A stretch of 63,637 nt of DNA, filler included, from Octopus bimaculoides (taxonomy: Eukaryota): NCBI RefSeq assembly GCF_001194135.2. It is 6 parts of 4 records of this genome, joined end to end, with 100 filler letters (N's around TTAATTAATTAA, not from the genome) between each part and the next. Parts side by side here need not be neighbours in the genome. Positions count along the whole stretch, not along the records: positions 62,407 to 63,637 come from NC_068989.1; 5 more parts are not named here. One strand, given 5' to 3'. The translations under genes were made by a program, and so were the position numbers. Positions 63,196-63,637 of this stretch are shown here, piece by piece. The notes under the pieces are model-generated. The model worked only from the letters and a program-made list of their open reading frames with translations, was not told the DNA's origin and searched no databases. The stretch's first letter is position 1. Every line of letters begins with the position of its first letter.

Positions 63196-63637
63196 GATAG
63201 ACAGATAGAGAGATAGATAGATGCATATATACACACATATATGTACATAACTACATATATATGTATATATATATATGTACATGTATATGTACGTATATAT
63301 ATATATATACATATATATGTACATATATATATATATATATATACATATATTTACATATATATGCATATATACATATATGTACATATATATGTACATATAT
63401 CTGTNNNNNNNNNNCATATATGTACATATATATGTACATATATCTGTATATATATATATGTACATATATATGTATATATATATATGTACATATATATGTA
63501 TATATATAAGTACATATATATATGTATATATATATATGTACATATATACATATGTACATATATATGTATATATATGTGTGAATATATATGTACATATATA
63601 TGTATATATATATATATTATATATATATATATATATA

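Noticed and set aside
63372-63447. 33-bp duplication across a 10-N gap (similar at 52022-52080)
   Set aside because: Signature of overlapping contig ends joined with a nominal 10-N gap.
3208-63595. YI/HT/CV/poly-L/poly-N/poly-T ORFs
   Set aside because: These are translations of (TA)n, (CA)n, (ATT)n and similar microsatellites, not proteins.

Overview
AT-rich, microsatellite- and transposon-dense eukaryotic genomic DNA. The SINE families and repeat landscape match what I recall from octopus (coleoid cephalopod); this is an inference, not a database result. The window is not one contig: five identical 100-bp spacers (44 N + TTAATTAATTAA + 44 N) join six pieces (1-14056, 14157-21284, 21385-41551, 41652-59942, 60043-62306, 62407-63637), and there are many internal N gaps. 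The only well-supported host gene is four consecutive, in-phase + strand exons of a transglutaminase (506-613, 1072-1249, 5975-6110, 12671-12774) encoding the complete Cys-His-Asp triad. Its upstream and downstream exons are not in the window. The rest is dead mobile DNA: two mariner elements, RTE, Tx1-like and R4/Dong-like LINE fragments, at least three tRNA-derived SINE families, hAT, Tigger-like and Tc1-like MITEs, and simple repeats. The most interesting observations are a degenerate Penelope-type hammerhead ribozyme (49211-49256), a second repeat with hammerhead-like geometry, a 50-bp perfect copy of TGase intron sequence inside an RTE, a MITE core amplified into an 85-bp tandem repeat, an internally inverted Tx1 LINE, and a sharp CpG-decay contrast between the TGase gene body and the rest. 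I found no convincing novel protein-coding system. Most long ORFs in the supplied track are artefacts of N runs or microsatellites.
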